In this document: positions 53,164 through 64,000 of the stretch, in pieces
How positions within the stretch are numbered: the stretch's first letter is position 1
Layout of the letters: each line of letters opens with the position of its first letter
NCBI GenBank assembly: GCA_951406725.2
Contig: OX597829.1
Span: 18,848,001-18,912,000, forward strand
Direction: 5' to 3'
Length of the DNA: 64,000 nt
Origin: Octopus vulgaris
Taxonomy: Eukaryota
Position numbers and translations under genes: made by a program
Notes under the pieces: model-generated
Told to the model about the DNA's origin: nothing
The model's input: the letters and a program-made list of their open reading frames with translations, nothing else
Database searches by the model: none

Positions 53164-53227
<64 letters not shown>

Positions 53228-53544
53228 GCTGGGGAAGCTATACATTTACCCCTTCAGCAAGACACCTCTTTCTGTCCCTCTACCATACTTTTACATCTTT
53301 CAATACTATGTTTCACTCAATTGAGGAGTGGGAGGTGGGGGGTCTTGTCTTGTGAGTATTTGATGACCTCACTGGTGCTGGTACTATAAAAATAGCATCT
53401 AATACACCCTGTAAAGTGTGTATAAGGAAGGGCATCAAGCTGTAGCAACCATGTGCAAACAATGGAGCTTGGCACAGCCCTCTGGCTCTTTGACTCTTGT
53501 AAAACCGTCCACCTCTTACCACCTTGGAAATGAGGATATATAAA

Positions 53545-54092
53545 TGCATATGATGGTCACTCCCATCGATTTCAATGTAGGATTGTTTGAAGGAGAGGAT
53601 TTAAATAGAAAAAAGAAAAGTCAGCTTTAGAAATAAAAGTATGCTGCATCTATTTCTGATGGATGTGTGAATGTAATTTGAATCCAGCTATGGATTTTGC
53701 TATGAAATCACAATGTGAACAATGATGATTCTGATTTTCCTGGGATTGGGCAGATATGTCCAACCAAATTGTTTTGATGCATTATGACACATTTTACACC
53801 ACGAAGATCGATCTAGGCAATGGCTTTCCCAAGATGTCAAATTAAGCTGTAGAGACTTTAAGTGATTGCTTCAGTTTATCCTTATATCTAAGGACGGGTC
53901 TTCCTTTACCGTGGTATCCCTGTACTACTTGTTAACCATACAAAAAAATTTTCAGAATGCAGTCATCTTTTGTTCAAACATGTCCTATCCATCTGCACTG
54001 AATTCTCGGCAGCATGCTTTTGATACGGGTGATATCACATTTTCCTAAGACTTTGACATTTGATATCATGCAATTGAATGTTGCAGATCTCG
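53545..54092 (-). mobile_element. RTE (BovB-like) LINE 3' remnant
   Basis: SMLPRIQCRWIGHV*..LKIFLYG*..GKGRPVLRYKDKLKQSLK..SWESHCLDRSSW. Confidence 0.85.
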
Positions 54093-54160
54093 CATACATA
54101 CATACATACATACATACATACCTACATACGTACTTATGTATGTATCTATATGTATTTGTG

Positions 54161-54215
<55 letters not shown>

Positions 54216-54240
54216 ATATAAATGTACACTAATACAAGTG

Positions 54241-54393
54241 AGTTTGATTTGGCTCCGTGTGACTTTCAGTTTTGTGAGCTTCTAGCAGAAACCCATCTCT
54301 TTCCGGCTCACCATTTCATAGCGTAAGTCTGAAAGAGACGGGTTTCCGCTAGAAGCTCACAAAACTTAAAGTCGCATGGAACTGAATCAAACT
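54241..54393. repeat. ~70-bp-arm hairpin, MITE-like
   Basis: agttttgtgagcttctagcagaaacccatctctttc / gaaagagacgggtttccgctagaagctcacaaaact; mismatches mostly transitions. Confidence 0.9.
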
Positions 54394-54409
54394 GTTTTAA
54401 ATAATGTTT

Positions 54410-54458
<49 letters not shown>

Positions 54459-57400
54459 ATGTAACATATATATACACATACATATACATATACATATATA
54501 TGTACATATGTATGCATGTATATGGACACACATGCCAAAACACAATCACAGACACACACACACACACACACACACACATATTGATGGGTGGAGGTTGTTG
54601 CAGATGTAGTTGTTTAACACCAGGTCAGTCCATATTGAGCATACCTACGATCAAACAGATCAAGTATTGAAAGGTTCACCCTTCCCCACCCCCAAATGCA
54701 ATGCTTAAATGTTTGTACTCGTTGAACTCCTCTGAAATCCAAATCTCCTCCTTTCCCTCCAGTTTTGTCTGTTTCGTTTTCCTTGTAACCATAAGAAGCA
54801 CAGTCTGTGCATAAGTAGGAACGGTTCATCCGCTTATATGTAATATCATCTTTTTATGTATACTAGTACTTAACTAAAGTTTACATGGTCTTTTCTAATA
54901 ATATCCTGTACTAATTAATCTGCAACCACAACTTCCCTATCAGATATATTTGCATCTGTATTTAATCGGGAAGGTGTATGTTTGTCTGGTATTTGGTGTC
55001 TGGCATCCATGCATCTGCCTCAATTACATTATTAAGAATTCACTAAATCTGTCTTAAGAACATAACATTTAAAACGTTATCCATTATGTTTTCATTGATA
55101 AGTTATCTTATTCCATTCTTTTATTCTGTTCTTTTATTCCATTCTTTTATTCTGTTCTTTTCTGTTTTTTAATTCTTTTACTTTGTTCAACTCATTGCAC
55201 TGTGGCCATGCTAGGGCTTTGTCTTGGTGGGTTCATTAAAAAAAAACAAAAATATCAACTTCAGTACATATTTCTTAAGCTTAGGTGTTTATTCTGTCAG
55301 TTTCTTTTGCTGGACCGCATAGGGATATATACAAACCAACACCGGTTGTTTAAGGAGTGGGTGTGAGGAAAGAAATACAAACACATGCACACACACACAC
55401 ATACACATACACACACAAATATATGACAAGCTTCTTTCAGTTTCTATCTTCCAAATCCACTCACAAGGTTTCGGTTGACCCAAGGCTATAGTAGAAGACA
55501 CTTACCTAAAGTGCCATGTAATGAGACTGAACCTGGAACCAGTTGGTTGGGAAGTGAACTTCTGTCTATTGTTTCAAGTGGATTTCCAAGACTAAAACCA
55601 CTCTTTCTGTCTTTCATGACATCATAAGACAGTTTATAAATGCACATCATTCTGGGTTATCCAAAATGAGAATTCCTATGGCTAGGGGTCACCGAGGGAG
55701 CTATTTGCTTAAATCACAGATCATGTTTAATACCATATAAAAGCAGCCAGCACACTCTGTAAAATGGTTGGCACTAGGAAGAGCATCCAGCTATAGAAAC
55801 CATTACCAAATCAGACTGGAGTCTGGTGCAGCTTACCAGCTCTGGTCAAAACACTATGCCAGCATTCTCAGCAATGCATTGTGTCCTTGAGCAAGACACT
55901 TTATTTCATGTTGCTCCAATTCACTTATCTAGCAAAAATGAGTTGTACATGTAAGTCAAAGGGCCAGTCTTGTTACATTCTGGGTCAATGCTGAATCTCC
56001 CTGAGGACTATGTCAAGGTTATGCATGTCTGTGGAGCGCTCAGCCACTTGAAAGGTTAATTTAATGAACAGGCCATTCTGTTGATCAGATCAACTGGGTG
56101 GGACTCTCGTTGGCATAAGTGACAAAGTGCCAGTTTTTTTGTTTTTTTTTAATGGCTGCAGGATTCATCCTGGGAAAAGTTCTTTAAAGATGTTGAATCT
56201 TAAAAAACACTTGATGTTCTAAAGGGACTTTTCCTCAAACAAATCCCACAGCCAGTATGTGCATAAACAAAACATATTATGTGATATTGGTAATGTATGT
56301 GTGTGTGTGTGTGTGTGTGTATGTTTGTGTGTTTGCTTGCTTTTGTGTTTGTCCTTTTACCATTGCTTGACAACCAGTGTTGCTTTGTTTACATCCTCAT
56401 AACTTAGTGATTTGGCAAAAGAGACTGATAGAATAAGTATCAAAACCGAAACAAAAAAAAAAATAAGTACTAGTGTTTATTTGTTCAATTATTGAAATGA
56501 ACAAAAGGTAATTAATTAAAGATAAGTTCAGATAAAAATTACAATAAAAATTGTAGATGACCGTGTTACTCTCTTTACTCTTTTACTTGTTTCAGTCATT
56601 TGACTGCAGCCATGCTGGAGCACCGCCTTTAATCGAGCAACTCGACCCCCAGGACTTGTTCTTTGTAAGCCCACTACTTATTCTATCGGTCTCTTTTGCT
56701 GAACCACTAAGTGACGGGGACATAAACACAACAGCATCAGTTGTCAAGCAATGCTAGGGGGACAAACACACATACACAAACACACACACACACATACATA
56801 CATATATATACATATATACGAAGGGCTTCTTTCAGTTTCCGCCTACCAAATCCACTCACAAGGCTTTGGTCGGCCCGAGGCTATAGTAGAAGACACTTGC
56901 CCAAGGTGCCACACAGTGGGACTGAACCCGGAACCATGTGGTTGGTAAGCAAGCTACTTACCACACAGCCACTCATTTTTTAACCAATGCAGAGCAGGGA
57001 CCAGAACCAAACAGTCTTTGCTGTGTTAATCCTTTAGCATTTGGATTACTCTGTCACATATAATCTTTATTCATTCACAAATTAATCATGTATTATCTTG
57101 TAGCTTTGAGATTTTGATGATGTGATTGTTTATTTTTAGAATGACATTGCAGGGTAGGTGTGAGAGGCTGGATTTGGATGGTTTGAACAGAGAGCAGGTA
57201 GATTAATTGAGCTGGATAAGACTAGTTTAAATGCTAAAAGGTTTAACTATTTCATTAGATACATAATCATTAAGAAGTATATAATAGACATCGTTAAATC
57301 CAAATTGATATCAAGAAAAGTATAAATTGCTGGGTTTTTTTCCTCAAAATATGTTTTACTTTAATTTTTTTTTTGTTTTTTTTACTTCCTTAGAAATAAA

Positions 57401-57517
57401 TTTATTCTTGTTTTAGAGCAAAGATAAAAGAAAAAAAATACTATATTAGAATTCCTGAAATTGTACAATTCTGTTCCTCAATTTTCTTAATGCCAAATTA
57501 GATGCCATTATAGTTCA

Positions 57518-57623
57518 TTATTTACATTATTTACATTTGACGGATATTTGTCCTCATCTTGTTTGTTGTTAACAACAAACAAGATGAGGACAAATATCCG
57601 TTGAATGTAAATAATGTAAATAA
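57518..57623. repeat. Loopless 106-bp palindrome centred on GTT|AAC
   Basis: 53-bp arms with 2 adjacent mismatches. Confidence 0.95.
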
Positions 57624-57859
57624 TTTCTCATCTCTCAAATATAGAACTGTCATTATAGTTGTTTACTCTCAATATTTCAAATGGCTTTTTCTGCATCATT
57701 ACTACTGCTGCTGCTGCTGCTGCTGCTGTTGCTGCCGTTGTTGTTGTTGTTGTTGTTGTTGCTGTTGTTGTTGTTGCCGCCATCGTCGTCGTCATTGTTG
57801 AGGCCCAAGTCAACCTTGCTCAAACAGAGATATGTTAATGCTGGTATTATTCTTGTAGT

Positions 57860-59415
57860 TCTAAGATAGTGGGCTTGCAGAAACATCAGTATGCCAGGTA
57901 AAATGTTTAGCAGCATTTTGTCAGTCTCTACATTTCTGAATTTTAAATTCTACTGAGGTTGACTTTGCCTTTCAGCTATCCTTTCAGGGTTGATAAACTA
58001 AGTACCAGTTGCATACTAGGGTCAACCTAGTCAACCCTCCTCTAAAATTTCTATAGGCTTTGTGCCTATAGTAGAAAGGATTATTTTTGTCTTATTAGGT
58101 GGTTAGCTGGTAGAATAGTTAGCATGCTGGGAAAAATGCTTTGTGGCATTTCATCCATCTTTACATTCTGAGATCAAATTCTGCTGATGTCGACTTTGCC
58201 TTTCATCCTTCTGAGGTCAATAAAATAAGTACCAGTTGCATACTGGGGTCCAATGTAATTGACTTATCTCCTTCCCTGAAATTCCTGGCCTTGTTTCTAA
58301 AATTTGGAAACATTATTCTTGTAGTAAGCTGGCAGAATTATTACCAAGCTGGACAAAATGCTTATAAGCATCCTAAGTTCTACATTCTGAGTTCAGATCC
58401 TGCTAAGGTTGACTTTGGATTTCATTCCTTTGGAGGTTGATAAAATAAGTACCAGTTGAGCACTGAGGTTGATGTAAGTGACTAACCCCCTCCCCTAAAA
58501 AGTTTCTGGCCTTATGTCTATAGTAGAAAGGAGTATTCTAGTAGTGAGATGTGGGTCAAAGTGGTGAGAAAGGATCTTCAGATGTTGGGCCTCATAGAGG
58601 CAATAACAGGGGACCATGACTTTTGGCTGCTTGCTGTGCATGAGAAAATTTGAGAAGCTAAGGAAAATCATGCTTGTCCTTGCATACAGGTATGTCCCCT
58701 GCATCCCTCTTCAGCTGAGCATTCCTAATCTTTCAGTTTTGTAGGTGTTGACACCACATTAAAAGTATCTGTACTGGTGCCATGTAAAAAGCACCAAGAA
58801 CACTCTGTAGAGTGGTTGGCATTAGGAAGGGCATCCAGCCGTAGAAACTATGCCAATGAGACGTGGAGCCCGTGGATAAAGCGCTTCAGCTGGGCAGCTT
58901 TATCAAACCTTCCGACTCATGCCAGCATGGAAAACAGACATTAAATGATAATGATGAGGATGAAGAGCTGGTAGAACCATGAGCATGCCATACAAAATGC
59001 TCACTTATTCTTTACATTCTGAATTTAAATCCCACTATGGTCAACTTTACCTTTCAGGGTTGATAAGATAAAGTACCTCTCATGTATGGAGGTTAATGTA
59101 ATCAATTAAACTCCACCTCTAAAAATGTTGGCTTTGTAGCAAAATTTTAAACCATTATTCTAATATTCTAATAGTGACAAAGCTGTCATTATTTTAGATA
59201 TAATTAAGATGGTGAGCTGGCAGAATCGTTAGTATACTGGATGAAATGCTTAGCAGTATTTTGTCTGTCTTTACGTTCTGAGGTCAGATTCCACTAAGGT
59301 CAACTTTGCCTTTCATTCTTTCAGGGTCAATGAAATAAATACCGGATGACCCTGGGGTCGATGTAATTGATTTACCCACTCACCCTCAAAAACTGTTAGC
59401 CCTGTGCCAAAATTT
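57860..59415 (+). mobile_element. Cluster of ~5 co-oriented SINE-B copies with an RTE 3' remnant (58545-58960)
   Basis: Repeated agctggcagaa..gactttgcctttcatcc..aagtaccagttg; RTE end VVRKDLQMLGLIEAITGDHDFW. Confidence 0.8.
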
Positions 59416-59625
59416 GCATGGCTGATGCCAGTCTCATGTAACCGGCACCCATGCCAGTGGCATGTAAAAAGCACCCATTTACACTCTATCAGTGGTCGGT
59501 GTTAGGGAGGACATCCAGCCGTAGGAACCATGTCAAATCAGAGTGGAACCTGGTACAGCTCTCCAGCTTTACCAGTTTCGGTCAAACTATCTAAGCCATG
59601 CCAGCATGGAAAGCAGAAGCTAAAT

Positions 59626-59626
59626 A

Positions 59627-59671
<45 letters not shown>

Positions 59672-59903
59672 GCGAAGACAATGATGATGGGGATGGTGAT
59701 GGTGATGATGATGATGATGACGACGACGATGAAGGCAACGATGATGATGATGACGGTGATGATGACGATGGCAAAGACAGTGATGATGATAATGGTGGTG
59801 ATGGTGATGATGATGATGACAGTGGTGGTGGCAATGACAACAACGATGATGATGACAACGACGATGATGAAGACAACGATGATAATGATGATGATGATGA
59901 TGA
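59626..59903. repeat. (GAT)n-derived array grown from an RTE tail
   Basis: Begins immediately after agcatggaaagcagaagctaaa. Confidence 0.9.
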
Positions 59904-60989
59904 CTTAGTGTGTCTATGTGCACACCATTTAATGTGGCCTTCCATTTCCTTTAAAGATGATTGAATGTGATATGAGGCTGATTTGGCTGCTAATTCTACC
60001 AGGTCGAAAGACCATACAGAACCTTCCACATTGTCTTATTGCAATTTTTCCTTTTGTTGTTGCGCAACTCAAGGTCTTCACAGATCAAGCAGACTTATGG
60101 TAACAGACATTCCAACCTTCATCATTCCATTTTTTTTAGGAGTGGCTGTGTGGTAAGTAGCTTGCTTACCAACCACATGGTCCCGGGTTCAGTCCCACTG
60201 TGTGGCACCTTGGGCAAGTGTCTTCTGTTACATCCTTGGGCTGACCAAAGCCTTGTGAGTGGACTTGGTAGACGGAAACTGAAAGAAGCCCATCATATAT
60301 ATATGTGTGTGTGGTGGCATGTAAAAAGCACCATCCGAATCGTGGCCGAAGCCAGTGCCGCCTTGACTGGCTTCCGTGCAGGTGGCACGTAAAATGCACC
60401 AATCCGACCGTGGCCGATGCCAGCCTCGCCTGGCACCAGTGCAGGTGGCACGTAAAATGCACCCACTACACTCACGGAGTGGTTGGCGTTAGGAAGGGCA
60501 TCCAGCTGTAGAAACATTGCCAGATAAGACCGGAGCCTGGTGCAGCCTTCTGGCTTCCCAGATCCCCGGTCGAACCATCCAACCCATGCTAGCATGGAGA
60601 ACGGACGTTAAACGATGATGATGATGATGATGATGATATATGTGTATGTGTGTGTATATGTTTGTGTGTCTGTTTGTCCGCCCAGCATCACTTGACAACC
60701 AATGCTGGTATGTTTATGTCCCCGTAACTTAGAGGTTCGGCAAAAGAGACCAATAGAATAAGTACTAGGCTTACAAAGAATAAGTCCTGGAGTCTATTTG
60801 CTCAACTATAAAGGTGGTGCTCCAGCATGGCTGCAGTCAAATGATTGAAACAAGTAAAAGAGTAAGAGTATATAGGAAACCCTAGATCGCATTATGCAGT
60901 GCGTTCTGTTCTAAGAGGAGATTTAACTGTTATTTCTAGTAAATTGTGTGACTCTGAAGCAGCTTCCTTTTTGGGTCGTATCTGTTCCA

Positions 60990-61400
60990 ATCACATGAGC
61001 CAATAATCATTTTCCTCATGGTCAGTGCATTTTGATGAAGTAGATTTTGAAACTATCAATCAGGTAACCTGTTTTAGAAATTCTGCAAGGAGGAAATTGT
61101 TTGGCATCTGCTCTTTGACATCAATTGCTGGTTTTTATTCAAGGTTTTTTGTAAGGTTACATTTAGATGTTATATATTTTCAATGAAAGATCCCATCGTT
61201 TTGATCTGTTTATAAAAGGCATTGCAGCAATATTGGTTACTGATATGCTATTTGAAAAGTTGCTGATGCCACCGTTTCTTCAGTGCCAAGTGTGTTTGGA
61301 AATCTCTGTCGTGTATTCTAAAGAATACACGACAGAGATTTCTTTAAAAGAGATGTTGGTGACTTTCCAAACTGTTTTCAATTAGTCTTATATTAAATAT
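60990..61400 (-). pseudogene. Decayed Penelope-like GIY-YIG C-terminal remnant
   Basis: AMPFINRSKRWDLSLK and LNKNQQLMSKSRCQ/NNFLLAEF resemble the PLE motifs PY...KRC.LCL.EK and LNKRSE..SKCRH.NKFLL. Confidence 0.5.
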
Positions 61401-62495
61401 ATAATTAAATGATCAACCAAACAGAAAAATAACCACATCATCAATGGCCATGCAAAGGAAGCCAGCAAAAGGAGCCTCTGTATGATCATTCCACTTGCTA
61501 GAAATTGTAGCCAAATCTCTCTCAAGGCCTTATTGCCTTAAAAGACGAAAGGCATATTAGATAAAATTGTCCAAGATACATTGCACTTGGATAAAACTCA
61601 TGATAGTCATGGCCACAATAATTTTGGTCATAAATCTGCCTGGGCATGGCAAACTTTGGGCTAAGCAGCTGCAATAACTCTGTTGATGAAGGAAGTCTAC
61701 AGTGGAACTTCTAAGTGATTGCTTAATTCTAGAAATAGCAACCAAATCACACTCTACCATCTGTAAAAAGAAAGAATTCATTTGATTATACAGTTCCAAA
61801 TATGCTATATTTCTCTTTTGTTTTTTGCTTGTTTCTGTCATTGGACTGAGGCCATGCTGGGGCACCACCTTGAAGAATTTTTAGTCAATTGAATTGAACC
61901 CAGTACTTTTTTTTTAAAGTCTGGTACTTTAAAAAAAACTTAGCAGTTTGGCTAAAGAGCCAAACTGCTAAGTTGTGTGTGTGTGTGGGGGGGGGGGCAT
62001 AAGCACACCAACACTGGTTGTCATGTGGGGGTGGGGAATACACACACACATGCCATTGTTTTTCCTGTGTCGGCTCCCTTTCTTATTACTCAAAAGTAAC
62101 CAGAAACATTCTCTGTGGGACAAGGCCATTGTAATTCAGTCCTCCACCACTAGAAGCCACTTGATGCAACCCTTAGGCATCAGTCTGCTGATTGGCGGCA
62201 TTGGGTGAAATTGTACTGTCACATGGTTCATCTTTGTTTTACAGTGTTTCTCCCCTGTTTGTCAAATTTTGAAAGTGTGCTTACAAAGAATAAGTCCTGC
62301 GGTAGATTTGCTTGACTAAAAGCGGTGTTCCAGCATGGCCACGGTCAAATGACAGAAACAAGTAAAGGAATAAAAGAAAGAATAAATACATACATATATA
62401 TGTGTGTGTGTATGCATATGTTCATGTATATATACATATCTATATATATATACACACATATATACAAATATATATACACACATACATATATATAT

Positions 62496-62581
<86 letters not shown>

Positions 62582-62789
62582 CTCTCTCTTTCGGAGAGGC
62601 ACTGAGCAGCTATATGCACACATACACACACGGCAGTAACTTCCACCTACCGAATTCAATCACAAAGCTCTGGTCGGCTCGGGGCTATAGTGGAAGACAC
62701 CAACCCAAAGTGCCACGCAGTGGGACTGAACCCACAACCATGTAGCTAGGAAGCAAGTTACCTAACCACACAGCTATGCCCGCGCCTAC

Positions 62790-62820
<31 letters not shown>

Positions 62821-63449
62821 TATATATGTATATACATGTGTATATACCTACACACACACAAACGTTCTGTTTGCATAAAACACAAGAGGTAGATCATAGG
62901 TTTCTGCAATCAGAGACGACAAAGTGCTGATAAACAACAACAACAACAACTTCAACTCTTAGGTGGGATTTTAGGACTTTGTATAGTTTCGTTTGATTGT
63001 TTTTTTACTTGGTCATGACACCTTGATTAATTAAATGGTGTACACAAGTAATTATCCAATTTTATAACCCTAATACCCAGTATGTTGAATTGAGCACACT
63101 AAATTTTTTATTTCTGTACTTTTAAGAATATCTCTACACTATATCTTCATGTTTATGCATAGGCAACAACTGACTTGATGACAGGAATTTTGCCAGAAGT
63201 GTGTAGAAAAATCTGTCCACTCTGGTGAGTATTCAGTGAACTGGAAAAAATTGAGTAAAAGATCATTTTAACCTCAGGCAACCTAGTGTAGGCAGCCTTC
63301 CGCTGCTTTTTCTAGAAAGAAAGAAAAAAATTGGAGAAAAATTTATTTCCATCTGTTGTAAAGTATTTGTTTGTCTGTGTGCACACGCATGCGTGTGTGT
63401 ATTTGTGTGATTGACTGCATGTGTATGTGTATATATATGAGTGTGTGTG

Positions 63450-63563
<114 letters not shown>

Positions 63564-63731
63564 AACAAATTCAAGGGTAAAAATTATTAAAAATAATCTA
63601 TATCAGTGGTTAGCATGCGTAAAAAAAGTCAGGAGACATAAATAATAATATATATGAGTGTATAAAAATATATACACTGCATGTAAGAAGTCCACATAGT
63701 GGTCTTCTCCGTGTATAAATTTTTATACACT

Positions 63732-63774
<43 letters not shown>

Positions 63775-64000
63775 ACATGTATGTGTGTGTGTTTAAGTGA
63801 ATAAGTTTGAGTTTCATGTGCTTATGAAATTTACTATTTATTTGTGGTATGTGTAGGAGTGATTTGAAAACTAAATCTTGGATTGAACTTGCTTAGCAGT
63901 TCACTTCCTCATCATAACATGTAGTACTTCTCATCTCACTTTGGTAATGATCAAACATATCACATAAGAACAAGAAGCCAGAGATATTTAGAAGTAATAA

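Noticed and set aside
54680-54840. Exon in ORF 54614-54829
   Set aside because: No strong splice sites or recognisable domain

Overview
Repeat-saturated, AT-rich animal genomic DNA, most consistent with an octopus intron or intergenic region. This is inferred from the tRNA-derived SINE families, RTE tails ending in (GAT)n and extreme microsatellite density. No host protein-coding gene, rRNA, true tRNA or CRISPR array can be supported, and almost all ORFs in the track are microsatellite artefacts. Recognisable content: several modular tRNA-SINE families, 3' remnants of RTE, CR1-like, RLE (R4/Dong-like) and Penelope-like retrotransposons, non-autonomous Helitrons, TTAA piggyBac-type MITEs and a mariner remnant. 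Most notable: (i) a ~1.2 kb fold-back element (46371-47590) whose loop carries a hammerhead ribozyme motif with an intact catalytic core; (ii) five more minimal hammerhead motifs in four unrelated sequence contexts; (iii) about ten local palindromes/inverted duplications; (iv) a CR1-like LINE and a SINE sharing a 3' tail; (v) RLE elements apparently partitioned between (TAA)n and (CATA)n microsatellites. All alignments and foldings were done by eye, so boundaries are approximate and family names are provisional.
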